Source: Felis catus
Taxonomy: Eukaryota
DNA length: 64,000 nucleotides
Assembly (NCBI RefSeq): GCF_018350175.1
Contig: NC_058368.1
Coordinates: 158,660,001 to 158,724,000, forward strand
Direction: 5' to 3'
Part shown: in pieces, positions 41,938 to 55,399 of the stretch
Layout of the letters: the number at the start of each line of letters is the position of its first letter
Position numbering within the stretch: position 1 is the first letter of the stretch
Notes under the pieces: model-generated
What the model was told of the DNA's origin: nothing
Databases searched by the model: none
What the model saw: only the letters and a program-made list of their open reading frames with translations
Translations under genes and position numbers: made by a program

Positions 41938-42462
41938 CTGAAAGACCTGAATTCTTTGTTTACTGACGACAAGGCAATCAGATGAGGGCATGCATCTTCA
42001 TAGTCTTCAGAGCTCATGGGGATTCCTCCTTGACCTGGTTTACCATTTTGCCTAGTGTCATTTTCAATTTTGTCTGTCTCCTCAGAACATTCAGTTACAG
42101 AATTGTTGTCAATAAATTGACCTTTTATTTCTTCTAAAGCTTGACTGAATTCAGGTAATTCAAAATTTTGTGCATCAGCACTCTCCTCTGACGAATCCTC
42201 TCCCTTTATTTGTTCAAGGTGTCCAGATGATATGCAACAGTAGTCAGCGGATTCATCTGCAGACTTCTGATCACTTTGATTTTTTGATTTATAAAACTTT
42301 GCTTTTTCTGACAACTCTTCATCAGAAGGTGAGAATTCAGATCCGTCTTCTGTTTCAGTATTTTCATCATCTGGACCTAATGGATGAAGCAATTCATCAT
42401 CTGTCTGCATTTCCTTTGTGTAGCCGCTGGCAGAAACCTCTACATCAAGAGAGTCCTCCCTC
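41938..42462 (-). CDS. RIOK2: RIOK2 exon 8, acidic low-complexity region (REDSLDVEVSASGY...VNKEFRSFR)
   Basis: TTTTAG| acceptor, AG|GTATAG donor, 525 nt; core of the 207-aa ORF; includes NES-like FELPEFSQALEEI. Confidence 0.96.
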
Positions 42463-42663
42463 CTAAAAAAAAGAATGACAAACATTAGGAAAAAATCTAC
42501 CTGACATGGGTAAGTATTTATTATTCTGATAAATTATAATTCTGAAATGAGTTTAATAGTTAACGTATTTTAAAGATTTTTCTTTGCCTAAAATGTAATA
42601 CTTAGTTAAATATACAAATGTAAAAGATACATTTTTGTTGTCACTTAAGAACAAAATGACTAT

Positions 42664-42842
42664 GGGGATGACTGCCTGGCTCATTTGGTTAAGAGTCCAA
42701 ATTTTGGTTTTGGCTCAGGTCACAATCTTAAGGTTTATGAGATCGAGCCCTGGATTGGGCTGTGCTTACAGTACGGAGCCTGATTGGGATTCTCTCTCCT
42801 TCTCTCTCTGCTCCTCCTTCCTTAGTTCGCATGTGTGTGTGC
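42664..42842 (+). mobile_element. Diverged SINEC in RIOK2 intron 7
   Basis: Degenerate head plus GGCTCAGGTCACAATCT...GGGATTCTCTCTC. Confidence 0.8.
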
Positions 42843-42917
42843 ACATGCAAAGACTGACTATTAAAAGCAACAAATATTAGCAGAAAGGTTACAGAAACTT
42901 CAGTTGATAATGATTTA

Positions 42918-43148
42918 TTTATTTATTTTTTTAATTTTTTTTTTTTAATGTTTATTTATTTTTGGGACAGAGAGACACAGAGCATGAACGGGGGAGGGGC
43001 AGAGAGAGGGGAAGACACAGAATCGGAAACAGGCTCCAGGCTCCGAGCCATCAGCCCAGAGCCTGACGCGGGGCTCGAACTCACGGACTGCGAGATCGTG
43101 ACCTGGCTGAAGTCGGACGCTCAACCGACTGCGCCACCCAGGCGCCCC
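42918..43148 (-). mobile_element. Young SINEC_Fc-type SINE in RIOK2 intron 7
   Basis: CpG-rich; TSD GATAATGATTTA at 42906-42917 and 43149-43160. Confidence 0.95.
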
Positions 43149-43577
43149 GATAATGATTTAATAAATTGACTTTAATGGGCGCTAAAGATTTCTTCTTTGA
43201 AGTTCTATCATCCCAAAGCACAAAAGTGTCATAATTAAGAATATAAAATAAATGAAAAAGTTTTGCTTTGAAAATTTACATATAATTATGTTCCATGAAT
43301 CAAGTAAATATAGCTTCTGTTCTGTATAAAGGAAAAACATAAACTCCAATATGAATAAAAGTTCGTGAATTTATAAGAAACTAAATGTGTTACTCCCCTA
43401 AAATTCACAAACATAGCCTTAATAGACCAAAGGCACAAAGGCAGGCTTTTCTAGTTTTTAAGTTTCATTTATACACTAGACAGCAATGATACTCAACAAT
43501 GATTATGTGTCAATGGTTACTATTTGGAAATTTTTTAGATGAAACTGTTAAACTTTTCAGAACTAAGGAAATCAAGT

Positions 43578-43832
43578 ATTATTTATTTATTTTTATTTTA
43601 GAGAGAGGCAGAGAGGGAGAGGGAGGGAGGGAGGGAGGGAGGGACAGAGGGAGACAGGGAGGGGGAAAGGTAGAAGGAGAGAGACAGAGAGTCAGAGAGT
43701 CAGAGAGAGAGAGAGAGAAAGAGAGAGAATCCTAAGCAGGCTCCATGCTGAGGTCTATCCTACGACCTTGGGATGATGACCTGAGCCAAAATCGAGTTGG
43801 ATGCTCAACTGACTGAGCCATCCAGGTGCCCC
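43578..43832 (-). mobile_element. SINEC with expanded purine (GGGA/GA) tract
   Basis: Head at 43832; long GA-rich expansion 43600-43728. Confidence 0.88.
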
Positions 43833-43868
43833 AATAAATCATATATTTAAACAGTTTTTATTATTTTA

Positions 43869-44054
<186 letters not shown>

Positions 44055-46105
44055 TTATTAATGATATTGCTAATCATTATATGAAAAAAGATGTTACTCA
44101 CAAGAAAGAAAAGAGACAAATCAGATGCCAGTGTGTTTGAAAAACAAAAACAAAACAAAAAAGCAGAGGAACTAATAGAAAATATAAGCTTTCAAAGGCA
44201 TATGGTCCCTATAGTTAGAAAACTAGAGGCCTTCCCATACTGTAATAGACATACTAAGAGAAAATAACATGCATCTGAATCTCAGAAAAAAAAGACTGGG
44301 TCTGCAGTTAGGGGCAGGTTTCCACTTTTCCTCTTTAGTCTCCAGCCTGTCTGGTTATACTTCTCATCAGCTATACCCACTAGAACCCCATCTACAAAAG
44401 CTTAAAGACGAAACAGATTAGTGACACATAAGAAAAAGTTTGGGGACCATTAAATTATGTTTATATACCTTTATTATCCATTAGCTAATTTGCAAGAACA
44501 TCCAAAAGAGATAAATAATGCTGTGGCTTATAAACAAAGATCTGAAGACACACTAATCTGGACCAATGGTAGAAGGACCTATATCAGGTTGCTTTTTTAG
44601 GCCACCATAAAGCAGTGGGAACAGATTAAATTCTCTAGGTTTCTAGATAAGGGAGAATTAAGAAACAGGGTCACATGGAATTCACTATCTGCTTGAATAT
44701 TAATATTTCAGAGAAAGTCTGGAAACAGATAATGGTGCTAATCTTTCCTAATTTTAGGGCACCCAGGGAAAAACCTCAGTAAATTAAAAATTATCTTTTT
44801 ATTTATGTCTATGTTTCATCTAATTAGACAAACTCTCAAAATCTTCAAAAGCAGACATAGGTCTTTTTATAATTATTTATTAATTAATTTACATCTTAAT
44901 TTCTGCTACATAGTACAACTCCTTTACCCTAGTACTTCTCCATTAAATAGCAAGTTAAATCATACTGTTTCCCTACAGAATAATGCAGCCTACACTTTGA
45001 ATATCACAATTTGTCATCGTTTCCTTCTCTACTTCTGGTGGTTCCTGAATATTCTTTCATTGTGTGACTGTTACCCCACAGTAATAAAAATGGTGATGAG
45101 TCATCATCCAAAGATATGTTAAACACTCAAACACCAGGTGTTAATCTATTAATATTTTTTTGTTAAAAATATTCTTTAAATTTATATTTAAATGACATCT
45201 TCTTTTTCTGGAATAAGTATAGACATTTTCTTATGAAAATCTGTAGGAAGAAAAGTTTGACTGAACACAAACTGGTTTGAGTTCAAACTTTCCAAGAATT
45301 CATACACTCTTATTTGTAAATGATAGCGATTGTTATCTTCAGGAGAAAGGAGAAGTTTCTCATAACTTGGAAAGGAAGGTAAAAAATATTCAGCTTTGAT
45401 TACAATCAATTACATCACGAAATACAAAGTAAAATATTGTCATACTTCATAACTTGGCTGGCTTACATGGTTAAGTAATGTGAAGAGTAAGATTACCACA
45501 GTATATAAAGAGATTCTGCCCTATGTTAGGGATGAGGTTTTACATGAGTTTTTTTCTAATGATAAAATAAAAACTAAAAATGATAGAAGAGATATTCTTG
45601 GTCTGGTAACTGAGTCCACTTCAAGATCATAATTTTTACTAAGGCCATCATGATTATAAAATTGTGCTTGGTGAAACACTCTTGGAGGCAACTATGGAGC
45701 AGAGAGAGGATGGGGTCCTAGGGTTCCCTTCTCTATGTCCCTACTTCTGGGCAGACTTTGTTTTAAAAATTGGGCTTCCACGTAAAAGTCTGTTTGAATA
45801 AAAGTTTGCTGAACTTTCCACCTAAGAAAGTTTGACTTTCAGAAGTCTGTCCGATTACACAAGTAATTCAAATTCTTTTGATGGTTTATAAAGCAGGCAG
45901 TTTCTTCAGATTTCCCATGTACAGCAAAAACTTAATGACTAGGTTTTAACAACTGGATCAAAGTGCATTTTCCCCCCTTTAAAATACTGAGGAATAAGAT
46001 AGGTTCTCTTAGGGGGGGAAATCCTAGTTTGTATCCTTTAATAAAAGAACAAATTTTTAGACCATCAACATCAGTCACTTCAAAACCAGTTATTGACCCA
46101 AATCA

Positions 46106-46408
<303 letters not shown>

Positions 46409-46528
46409 TTATATTCATTTATGATTTTCATGAAAGCAGGCATGCGTATTATTTTTTCCATTTCTTAATTCCCTATCAGCTTTCTCTTCATTTCTATTAG
46501 CACACAGACAAGATGTAACAACTCCCAC

Positions 46529-46560
<32 letters not shown>

Positions 46561-46562
<2 letters not shown>

Positions 46563-46790
46563 GGCGCCTGGGTGGTGCAGTCGGTTAAGCATCCGACTTC
46601 AGCCAGGTCACGATCTCGCGGTCCGGGAGTTCGAGCCCCGCGTCAGGCTCTGGGCTGATGGCTCAGAGCCTGGAGCCTGTTTCCGATTCTGTGTCTCTCT
46701 CTCTCTCTGCCCCTCCCCCATTCATGCTCTGTCTCTCTCTGTCCCAAAAATAAATAAACGTTGAAAAAAAAAAATTAAAAAAAAAAAAAA
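46561..46790 (+). mobile_element. Young SINEC_Fc-type SINE in RIOK2 intron 5, preceded by an A27 run
   Basis: CpG-rich intact copy; poly-A on both sides. Confidence 0.95.
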
Positions 46791-48386
46791 GGCACACCCT
46801 GTCTCAACTCTATATTCTCTTTCTACTACATACTTTCATGGATAATTACAGCCCAACTCCTCTACATGTACTTACTTCATTTTTTCCCTCCCATTCTAAT
46901 GAACTCATTTTAAACAGGTTTTCATCTACTTCGTTTGAATGCAATAGGTAGAGTCAAAACTACCAGTAATTTCCATGTTGCTAAATCCAGTGGTCAATTC
47001 AGACTTCATCATATGCGGTCTCTCAGTTAACCTCTTTCCCTCCGCCCCCGCCCCGCACCCCCGCTGAAATGCTTCCTTCACTTGACTCTTGGTACACCAA
47101 CTCTTCAGGCTGTCCTCTTTCCATGTTTATCATTCCTTCTCAGTCTTTTTCACTAGTTCATCTTTCCCCAGACGTTTAAACTTTGGAGCTCAAAGGTTAA
47201 TACTAGGAGCCTTTATTTAGAATAATTCTTGGTGATCTCATTTAGGCTGTTGGCTTTAAACACCTCAATCTATACTTCTCTGAACTCCAAGGCATCTCAA
47301 ACTTAAGCATGTCCCATACTGAACCTCTGATTCTATCCCATCCTCTAACTCCAAGCTGCTCTTCCTGCAGTCTTTCTCATTTCTGTAAATGACAACTTTG
47401 TACCTCCAATTAATTTGTTATTCAGGCCCAAAATCTTGGTGTTATCCTTGACTTTCCCTTTCTTCATATTGATATCCAATCCCTAACAAATCGTGTTGGT
47501 TCTACCTGCAAAACATATTCAGAATCTAACCACTTTTTATCACCTTCACATCCACAACTCTGATCTAAACAACCATCATCTCTTGACTGGATTATTGCAA
47601 TAATTTCCTAGCTTTTCTTCCTAATTCTGTCCTTGTCACCTTTCAATCTATTTTCAAAACAAAAGCCACAGCGATTCTATTAAAACAGTAGTCACATCAT
47701 GTCTCTTCTCAGTTCAAATTCCTCCAATGGATTCCTATCCAAAACAAAATAAAAAAGCCTTGTGCTATTGCTACAATGACAATGACACTGCAATATATAA
47801 ACATATGAAATCAACATGCTGTACAATTTAAATTTGTATGTCAAATGTACTAAAAAAGAAACTAAAAGTTCCTTGCAATTGCCTACAAACCTTAAATGAT
47901 CTAGTCCCCTGTTGCCTCTCTGATCTCATCACTTTTTATCTCTGCCCTCATCCACTCAACTCCAGCCACACTAGCCTCCTCACTGCTTCCTGAACATGCA
48001 GGCATGCTCCAATCCCAGGATTTATGTACTTTGCTGGTGCCTCTGTCTGGATCTCTTAGATATCTGCATGGTTTTCTCTCTCACTTATTTTAGGATTATG
48101 CTCAAAAATACTTTATCAATGAGACTCTTCCTGACCATTTCATGTAAAATAGCAGTTTCCTCCACTCACCTCAGTACTCCCTGTCCCCTTACCTACTTTA
48201 TTTTTATCTATAACATTTTCTACCATCTGATAATCATGTATTTCCTTGTTTAGCTATTTACTGCATGGCTCTTTCTATCAGAACATAAACTCTATGAAGG
48301 CAGAGATTTTGTTTTGTTCACTGGTAGGCCTACTAAAACAGTGCTTAGTATATACTAGATTACTAATAAATACATGCTGAATAAAT
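46791..48386 (+). mobile_element. L2 LINE 3' portion
   Basis: TTCCATGTTGCTAAATCCAGTGGTCAATTC, GCATCTCAAACTTAAGCATGTCC, CTCCAGCCACACTAGCCTCC, end AATAAATACATGCTGAATAAAT. Confidence 0.8.
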
Positions 48387-48572
48387 TACAGAGATTACAA
48401 AATTCATACTATCAGAACAAAATTGAATTTTTAATTTGCATGTGAGACTATTGCTTTGTGGTAATTTCTAACCTTCCAGAAGCAATATTTCATTTAATTA
48501 AAAATATTTTTTGAAAACTAAACCTTACATTTATTTATTAGAATCCATAGTTTCAAGAATAATAAATACTTA

Positions 48573-48662
<90 letters not shown>

Positions 48663-48982
48663 CTAAAATATAGCAAAATAGGTATAAACTAAAGAAGAGG
48701 TCATTAATATTTAGGGTAAAATAAAAGTAAACATACCTGCCCACAACTAGAAGAAACATACAAGATTTTACAAAATTACACGTGATTATTTATGGCTTAT
48801 TCACAGCACAAAATGAGCTACACATAAAATAAAATTTTAAACCAGTTAACAATTCACTTTTTCACCAAACGCTAATTTACTGAACATTTACTAAATATTA
48901 TACATGGTGCTAGGGTTACAGAAGTGAATGTAAAAAAGCCTGTCCCCAAGAGGCCTATAATCTCCTAGGATATACCCTCTTC

Positions 48983-49112
48983 ATTTTATTTATTTTTTTA
49001 TTATACTTATTATTTTTTAATCTTTATTTTAATTAGGCTCCATGTCCAATGTGGGGCTTGAACTCATGATCAACAGTCACACTCTCTACCAACTGAGCCA
49101 GCCAGGCACCCC
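48983..49112 (-). mobile_element. Short SINEC
   Basis: GTGGGGCTTGAACTCATGA...GAGCCAGCCAGGCACCCC; flanking AGGATATA repeat. Confidence 0.85.
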
Positions 49113-49720
49113 AGGATATATCCTCCTATTTTTTTACATTTCTGCCATCAATTGGCAGTGTGCTTAAAAATTCAAATGGAAATAAACTGTGAGTGAGGAA
49201 ATACTCTTGTCTTCTGGCAGATTAGAAAATGAAATATCCCAAAAGATCAGGTATTGTAGCTTACAGAGCATTGACCTTTTTCTTCAGACCACAATATACA
49301 ATGTAAATTATGTAACAAATATACACAGTAGTAGTTTGAGTCATATTACTTCAGATCATCCATAAATCCATCTTTTCTTAACTTCTTATGCTTAACTTCT
49401 TCTACCTTTTGCTTACAAAGTCCTATTATTACTTCCTCCAAAATATGTTAGGTTTATGGTCTCTGCAATTTGGAATGTTACCATTTGAAAGTAGGCCTTT
49501 GTTATTTATACCTGATTGCTCTAACAGTGGTTCTAGCTCTTGCCACCATAACTAACCTTTATTTTGGGTACCAATACCAAACTAAAATACTTAGGTCAAT
49601 GCTCCATTCAGAAAAATCTACAATGTTTATAAATATTGATTTCAGTCTCAACAACTTTTCCTAGTTTTCAGAACTCTCTTTAATCCACATATCAGGTCCT
49701 AGTTTTCCCAATACTCTTTT

Positions 49721-49980
49721 TAAAAAATATATATATTATATGTATATAATATATTTATATTATAAACATAATATATATAATAAGTCTATGTAATATTTAT
49801 ATTACACACAATATATTACATATATAATATACACATATATAATATACAATGTAAATATATACTACATATAATATATACATGTCTATATTTATAATATAGA
49901 CACATATATAATATATATTATATATATATAAAATACGTATTATATATGATATACATGTATATAATGTACATATATAATGA
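49721..49980. repeat. Degenerate (TA)n-rich expansion
   Basis: About 260 bp, almost entirely A/T with frequent TA alternation. Confidence 0.9.
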
Positions 49981-49981
49981 T

Positions 49982-50093
49982 CATTTATTTTTGAAAGAGA
50001 GACAGAGACAGAGGGTGAGCAGGGGAGGGGCAGAGAAAGAGAGAGACACAGAATCTGAAGCAAGCTCCAGGCTCTGAGCTGTCAGCACAGAGC
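49982..50093 (-). mobile_element. 5'-truncated SINEC
   Basis: 3' half only; tRNA head absent. Confidence 0.88.
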
Positions 50094-51018
50094 TCCTTTG
50101 CAAAGAACACTGTCTTACTATCTTATCCTTAGAGACAAATCATATGCATGCTTCATGACTCTACTCAACTCCTACTTGCTTTATGAAACCTCTTTTATTA
50201 ACTATTCTACTTTACAGAAGTTTCTCTAAACTTAACATATAATTTAATTTTTAAATGTTTCTTTATGTATATTTGTGTTATATTCCCAACTTATAGATGC
50301 TTGACTTCATTACTTATTCCTTTGGTAGCCACACCTTCAGCCCACCCTATGCCAGGTACTTAATACAGTGTGGTAGGCATACAATTCATACTCCGTACAT
50401 ATTTATGAATAGGGCTAATTTCATAAAGCATTTATTTCCTATCTTCCTTGCTGAGGAACTGAACTCCACTCCCCAAAGATTTTTGTTTGTTTGGCTTTGA
50501 AGATTTTTTTCAGTACAAGTAGTTCTGAACATGCTTTGGCAGCTCAATAGCATATAACCTTAACTACTGTCATAATCGTCTAGCTCTTGCACTATGGCTT
50601 ACTCCCTAATCTTATTTTATCTAATTAAATTTAATCTTACTCCCTCCTAGGAAAAAAGAGAATAAATTTAAGGAGCTATTGATGCACAGTCTGCTTCTAT
50701 TCTAGTATCTTCATATAAACATCTGAGAAAACACCTAATACAGTTTTAGGAAAATGTGTAATAATCTCTACCAAACTGCTTATTTACTGAATATTATAAG
50801 ATACAAACCATTAGTATGTAAGACAAGAAACACATAACATGTATGGTATCAGTATCAGCTATTTACATTGTCTTCAGAATTCTTCCCCCATAACTACTAA
50901 AAATTTAAGCACATGAATTAACCTACTCAACACCAAAATAAAACTTCCAAAACTTTCATTTACAAATCACATACTATAGCATTATGTATGTAAATTATGT
51001 ACATATGTATGTATGTAC

Positions 51019-51110
51019 TTTTAGTAAACTCCATACCCAATGTGGGGCTCAAACTCATAACCTGGAAATCAAGAGTTGCATGCTCTTTTGACTGAGCCAG
51101 CTAGTGCCCC
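51019..51110 (-). mobile_element. Short SINEC
   Basis: CCCAATGTGGGGCTCAAACTC...GACTGAGCCAGCTAGTGCCCC. Confidence 0.82.
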
Positions 51111-51794
51111 GAGGGTGACTTTTAATGATGTAAAATTTTAAAAAGTGAAGTTAAGTAGTAACAAATAAATACTACTGGAGAATAATAAAAATACAGTATT
51201 ATTTTCTGTTTAATTTAAATGTTATCGAAGATATATATTTTGATTATTAAAGAAACTTAACAAATATATTCTGAACTTAATTTTGAAGTTAAAAGATGAA
51301 AACCTAAAGATTTTTACCATTCCTAATATGCATGTAAATTTGTACATCAACATTTCTTCTCCATTAAGTGAAGGAAAGGTACTAGTCAGCTGAGACACTA
51401 AGGTTTCTACAGATAATCACTAGAGGTAATTCCCTGGAGTTTTCAACTGGAGACAAACATATGCATATTTATGTATACTAAATAGATACATATTCACACA
51501 CACACTTTTGTGAGGCAATTACATCACTAATTACTTAAAGCTATTTGTTAATTTGCATTGTAATACCTTATTAATACTGAAGAATACTTGCTGCCTTTAT
51601 GCATTAGTAACGATTAAAAATGCCTTCACATAGAAAAAAAAATCACCAGAAAAACAAATAACAAAAATAATTAACAGTTAAAAATAAGTGTAATGACTGG
51701 GACTGGGGGTAGAGAGATGTGGGGAGAATAGACTGGTAAATGTCACTACGTCCTTTCAGTTACATGTATTATTTGGTTAAGAGACATAAAATTA

Positions 51795-52019
<225 letters not shown>

Positions 52020-52504
52020 TCATTCCAAAAAGTTCACTTGTAATTTCCTAATTTCGATTTTATTTACATCAATTATATCTTTCCTAATAACCACGAATAC
52101 TTACTACTCAGCAAAATTATTTTAACTGCAATCCAAAATAAAATGACATGTATTAAAATCTACTACAAAAGAAAAGAGGGATGTTGTGTGTCAAAGGTTA
52201 TTACTTCCAAAGGTGCTCAACACTCAATTCAATTTAGTGGGAAAAATGTATTTGTCTTTTAGCATCCTACACGTATAAGAAGCAATTTAATATCTTCTTT
52301 TTCAACAACACAAAGTTCAATTCTTTAACTGCTTCAATAAATAATATTCAGTTGTTAGAATATAATCCTATAGTAATCAGAATGGAGATATTCCCCTAAG
52401 TATTCCAATTATCAATAAAAGTCAGTATTTGTTAATACTGACATTTAAAACATGTCCTAATTATTCATAAGGATTTTAATTATTACACATCAACAAACTA
52501 TGTC

Positions 52505-53235
52505 TCACATTGGCAGGATTATAAACTGGCGTAAACTTTTGAAGGGAAATCTGATAATATCAAAAATTTAAATGTACTAACTTTTGTGCTAATAATTCAA
52601 TTTCTAAGACTGTATTTACAAATTTATTTGTACATGTGCACAGAGGCACGTGTACAAGGGTGTCTACCACATCATTATCTACAAAAGAAAAGGTGAAGTA
52701 ACATAAATGTCCGTAACAGCTGGGACTGGTAAATTCAATTACAGAGCACTCATACCATGTAATACTCTACATAACTATGAGAAAGATCTATCTGTTAACA
52801 TGAAATGATATCAGAAATGCATCCAGGGACACCTGGCTGGCTCAGTCAGTATGGTATGGGACTCTTCATCTCGGGGTTGTAAGTTTGAGTCCCACATTGG
52901 GTATAGAGATTACTTAAAAATAAAATCTTAAAAAAAAAAAAAACCCAAATCAAATGAATCAAATGGAAAAAATCAAGTAATGTTTGCTTTTACCTGTGAT
53001 TAAAAAGATATATGTGTATATATACATATTTTCAGTGCATTATATACTATTATTTACATAGACTATTCCAAGAAGGATATATAAGACAGCAGTCAACAGT
53101 AACAGCTTTCAAAAGTATGACAACAGATGGAGACCTGGTTAGGATAAAGTTTTACTTTTTATTTTACTTTCTTTTGTACTATTTATGATTTATACAGTGA
53201 AGTTCTTATAAACAAAAAAATGTTATTTTTTAAAT
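52505..53235 (+). mobile_element. Old L1 (L1M/L1ME-like) 3' fragment containing a short SINEC at 52826-52943
   Basis: ATAAACTGG..AACTTTTGAAGGGAAATCTG, GTACAAGGGTGT, AAATGTCC motifs; SINE head GGGACACCTGGCTGGCTCAG. Confidence 0.6.
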
Positions 53236-53736
53236 GAAAAAATTGGACATAAGAGACAGCCTATCTAAAAAGAGGTGTTAAATTACCTCATTTTACACAT
53301 TTCTCTCCCTCTCTCTCACACACACACACACACACACTGCTGTATTTAGCAATCTTGCATTATGTATTTGTTTAATGCTATTTTAGAATGCTTTTTTCTG
53401 TGTTCTACACATACTTAATTTTGCCATATTTCTGCGGTAGAAAAATGTGTTGTAGCTTTTAGTCACTGTCTTCTAATACTTCCTTGTGTTACATATTTTA
53501 ACTTTTACAAATGTCCATTTATAACATATAAAAGAACAAATAATATATTTGCCAAAGATGTCAATTATTAGCAGAAAATGAATTCTTGGTATAACTGAAT
53601 TTTCAATGAGAGACTTATGAAAAACAATAACCTACCAAACTAAGAGTAATTTCATCAACTTTACTGCTTCCAACTAACTTTTCAATTCACTGCTTAGCTG
53701 AAAAAAATGGAAAAATTTAAAAGATATGTTTTCTCA

Positions 53737-53962
53737 GGGCACCTGGGTGGTTCAGTTGGGTAAGTGTCTGACTCTTGGTTTTGGCCCAGGTCATGATCTC
53801 ATACTTTGGTTCATGGGATGCAGCACCACATCAGGCTCTGTGCTAACAGTGGCAGAGTCTGCTTGGGATTTTCTCTTTCAGTCTCTCTCTGGCCCTCCCC
53901 CTGCTCATGCTGGCAGGCGCACTCTCTCAAAATAAATAAATAAACATTAAAAAAAAAAAAAA
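53737..53962 (+). mobile_element. SINEC in RIOK2 intron 3
   Basis: Head, body and tail. Confidence 0.88.
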
Positions 53963-54032
53963 GATAATGCTTTCTCAAAGAGAAATATAAAGAGAAACTA
54001 AAGCAAAGAAAATGAGTTCAGTAGTACTGTTA

Positions 54033-54188
<156 letters not shown>

Positions 54189-54875
54189 TTAGTTACATCG
54201 CACAATCAAGTCACATTAATTCAAGTCATGAGAAGAATTTAAACAGTAAGAAGTCTTAGCTGAAAAGATTAGCTTACCCAGTCCTATGAGTTTGGCATTT
54301 CTTCCTATAATTTGTATTTTCTCTCTAGAGAGGTGTTACTCAAAGCATAACTCACAGACTGACACCAGTCTATATATACTACTAGTTTGTGATAAGACAC
54401 AGAAACTGAATGAAGTGGTTAAGTTCAGTATTTTTTAAATCACTTTCACCAAGCTTTTTTTTTTATGTCTTTAGCTCCAATAAGGAATTTGTGCCTGTAT
54501 TTTATCAGTTTTTAAATTTCATTTTTCTAGTAATTACTTTTTAACTGTTATTTTATAATAAAGTATGGCTCCATGGCAGGTTGAAAGAAACAAACTCATT
54601 CCTCACCATGGATAATTTGAGAGTTAATGCTCTAGAGTCCTGTGGCAAATTTTCCAAAGATTGTGGCAACAATTATCTCTATCCTATTTGCTCTTCTGCA
54701 ATTGGAATTTGTTATGAGGAGATAGAGACTATTTCTTTACTCTGTTTATCTGGGTGGGCCCTGTGACTACTCTAATAAAACATGGTAAAAGTATGTGGGT
54801 TTTCGGGTCTAGATAGAGTGCTTTGCTGTTCTCGCAACTTTGATTTTCTACCTTTTTAAATGCCTGCTCTGCAAA

Positions 54876-54920
54876 TAAAATAAAATAAAATAAAATAAAA
54901 TAAAATAAAATAAAATAAAA
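54876..54920. repeat. (TAAAA)9 pentanucleotide repeat
   Basis: Direct reading. Confidence 0.95.
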
Positions 54921-54957
54921 TGACTGCTCTGGGGAAAGCCAGTTATATGAAAAATCA

Positions 54958-55125
<168 letters not shown>

Positions 55126-55399
55126 TTAAAGGAATTATATGCAATCATAATCAACACAGAGCTACTATCAAAACCTTACTAAGAAGTTAACTTCTCCTTC
55201 AAATTTCTCTGATCATGCAGTTCCCCAACCAATTGGAGATATAAGTGATACCTTCTCTGGACATATATTAAATCATAATTTGATATATAATCACTGATAT
55301 TCATATTCTGCCTCTATACTAAACTATACAGGTAAAAACTGTGAGTGCTTAACAATTACTGACATGTGGCAAATATTAAGATATTTGTTGACATCTAAA

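Noticed and set aside
41862..42485. 207-aa ORF as a stand-alone gene
   Set aside because: It is RIOK2 exon 8 plus intronic run-in and run-out
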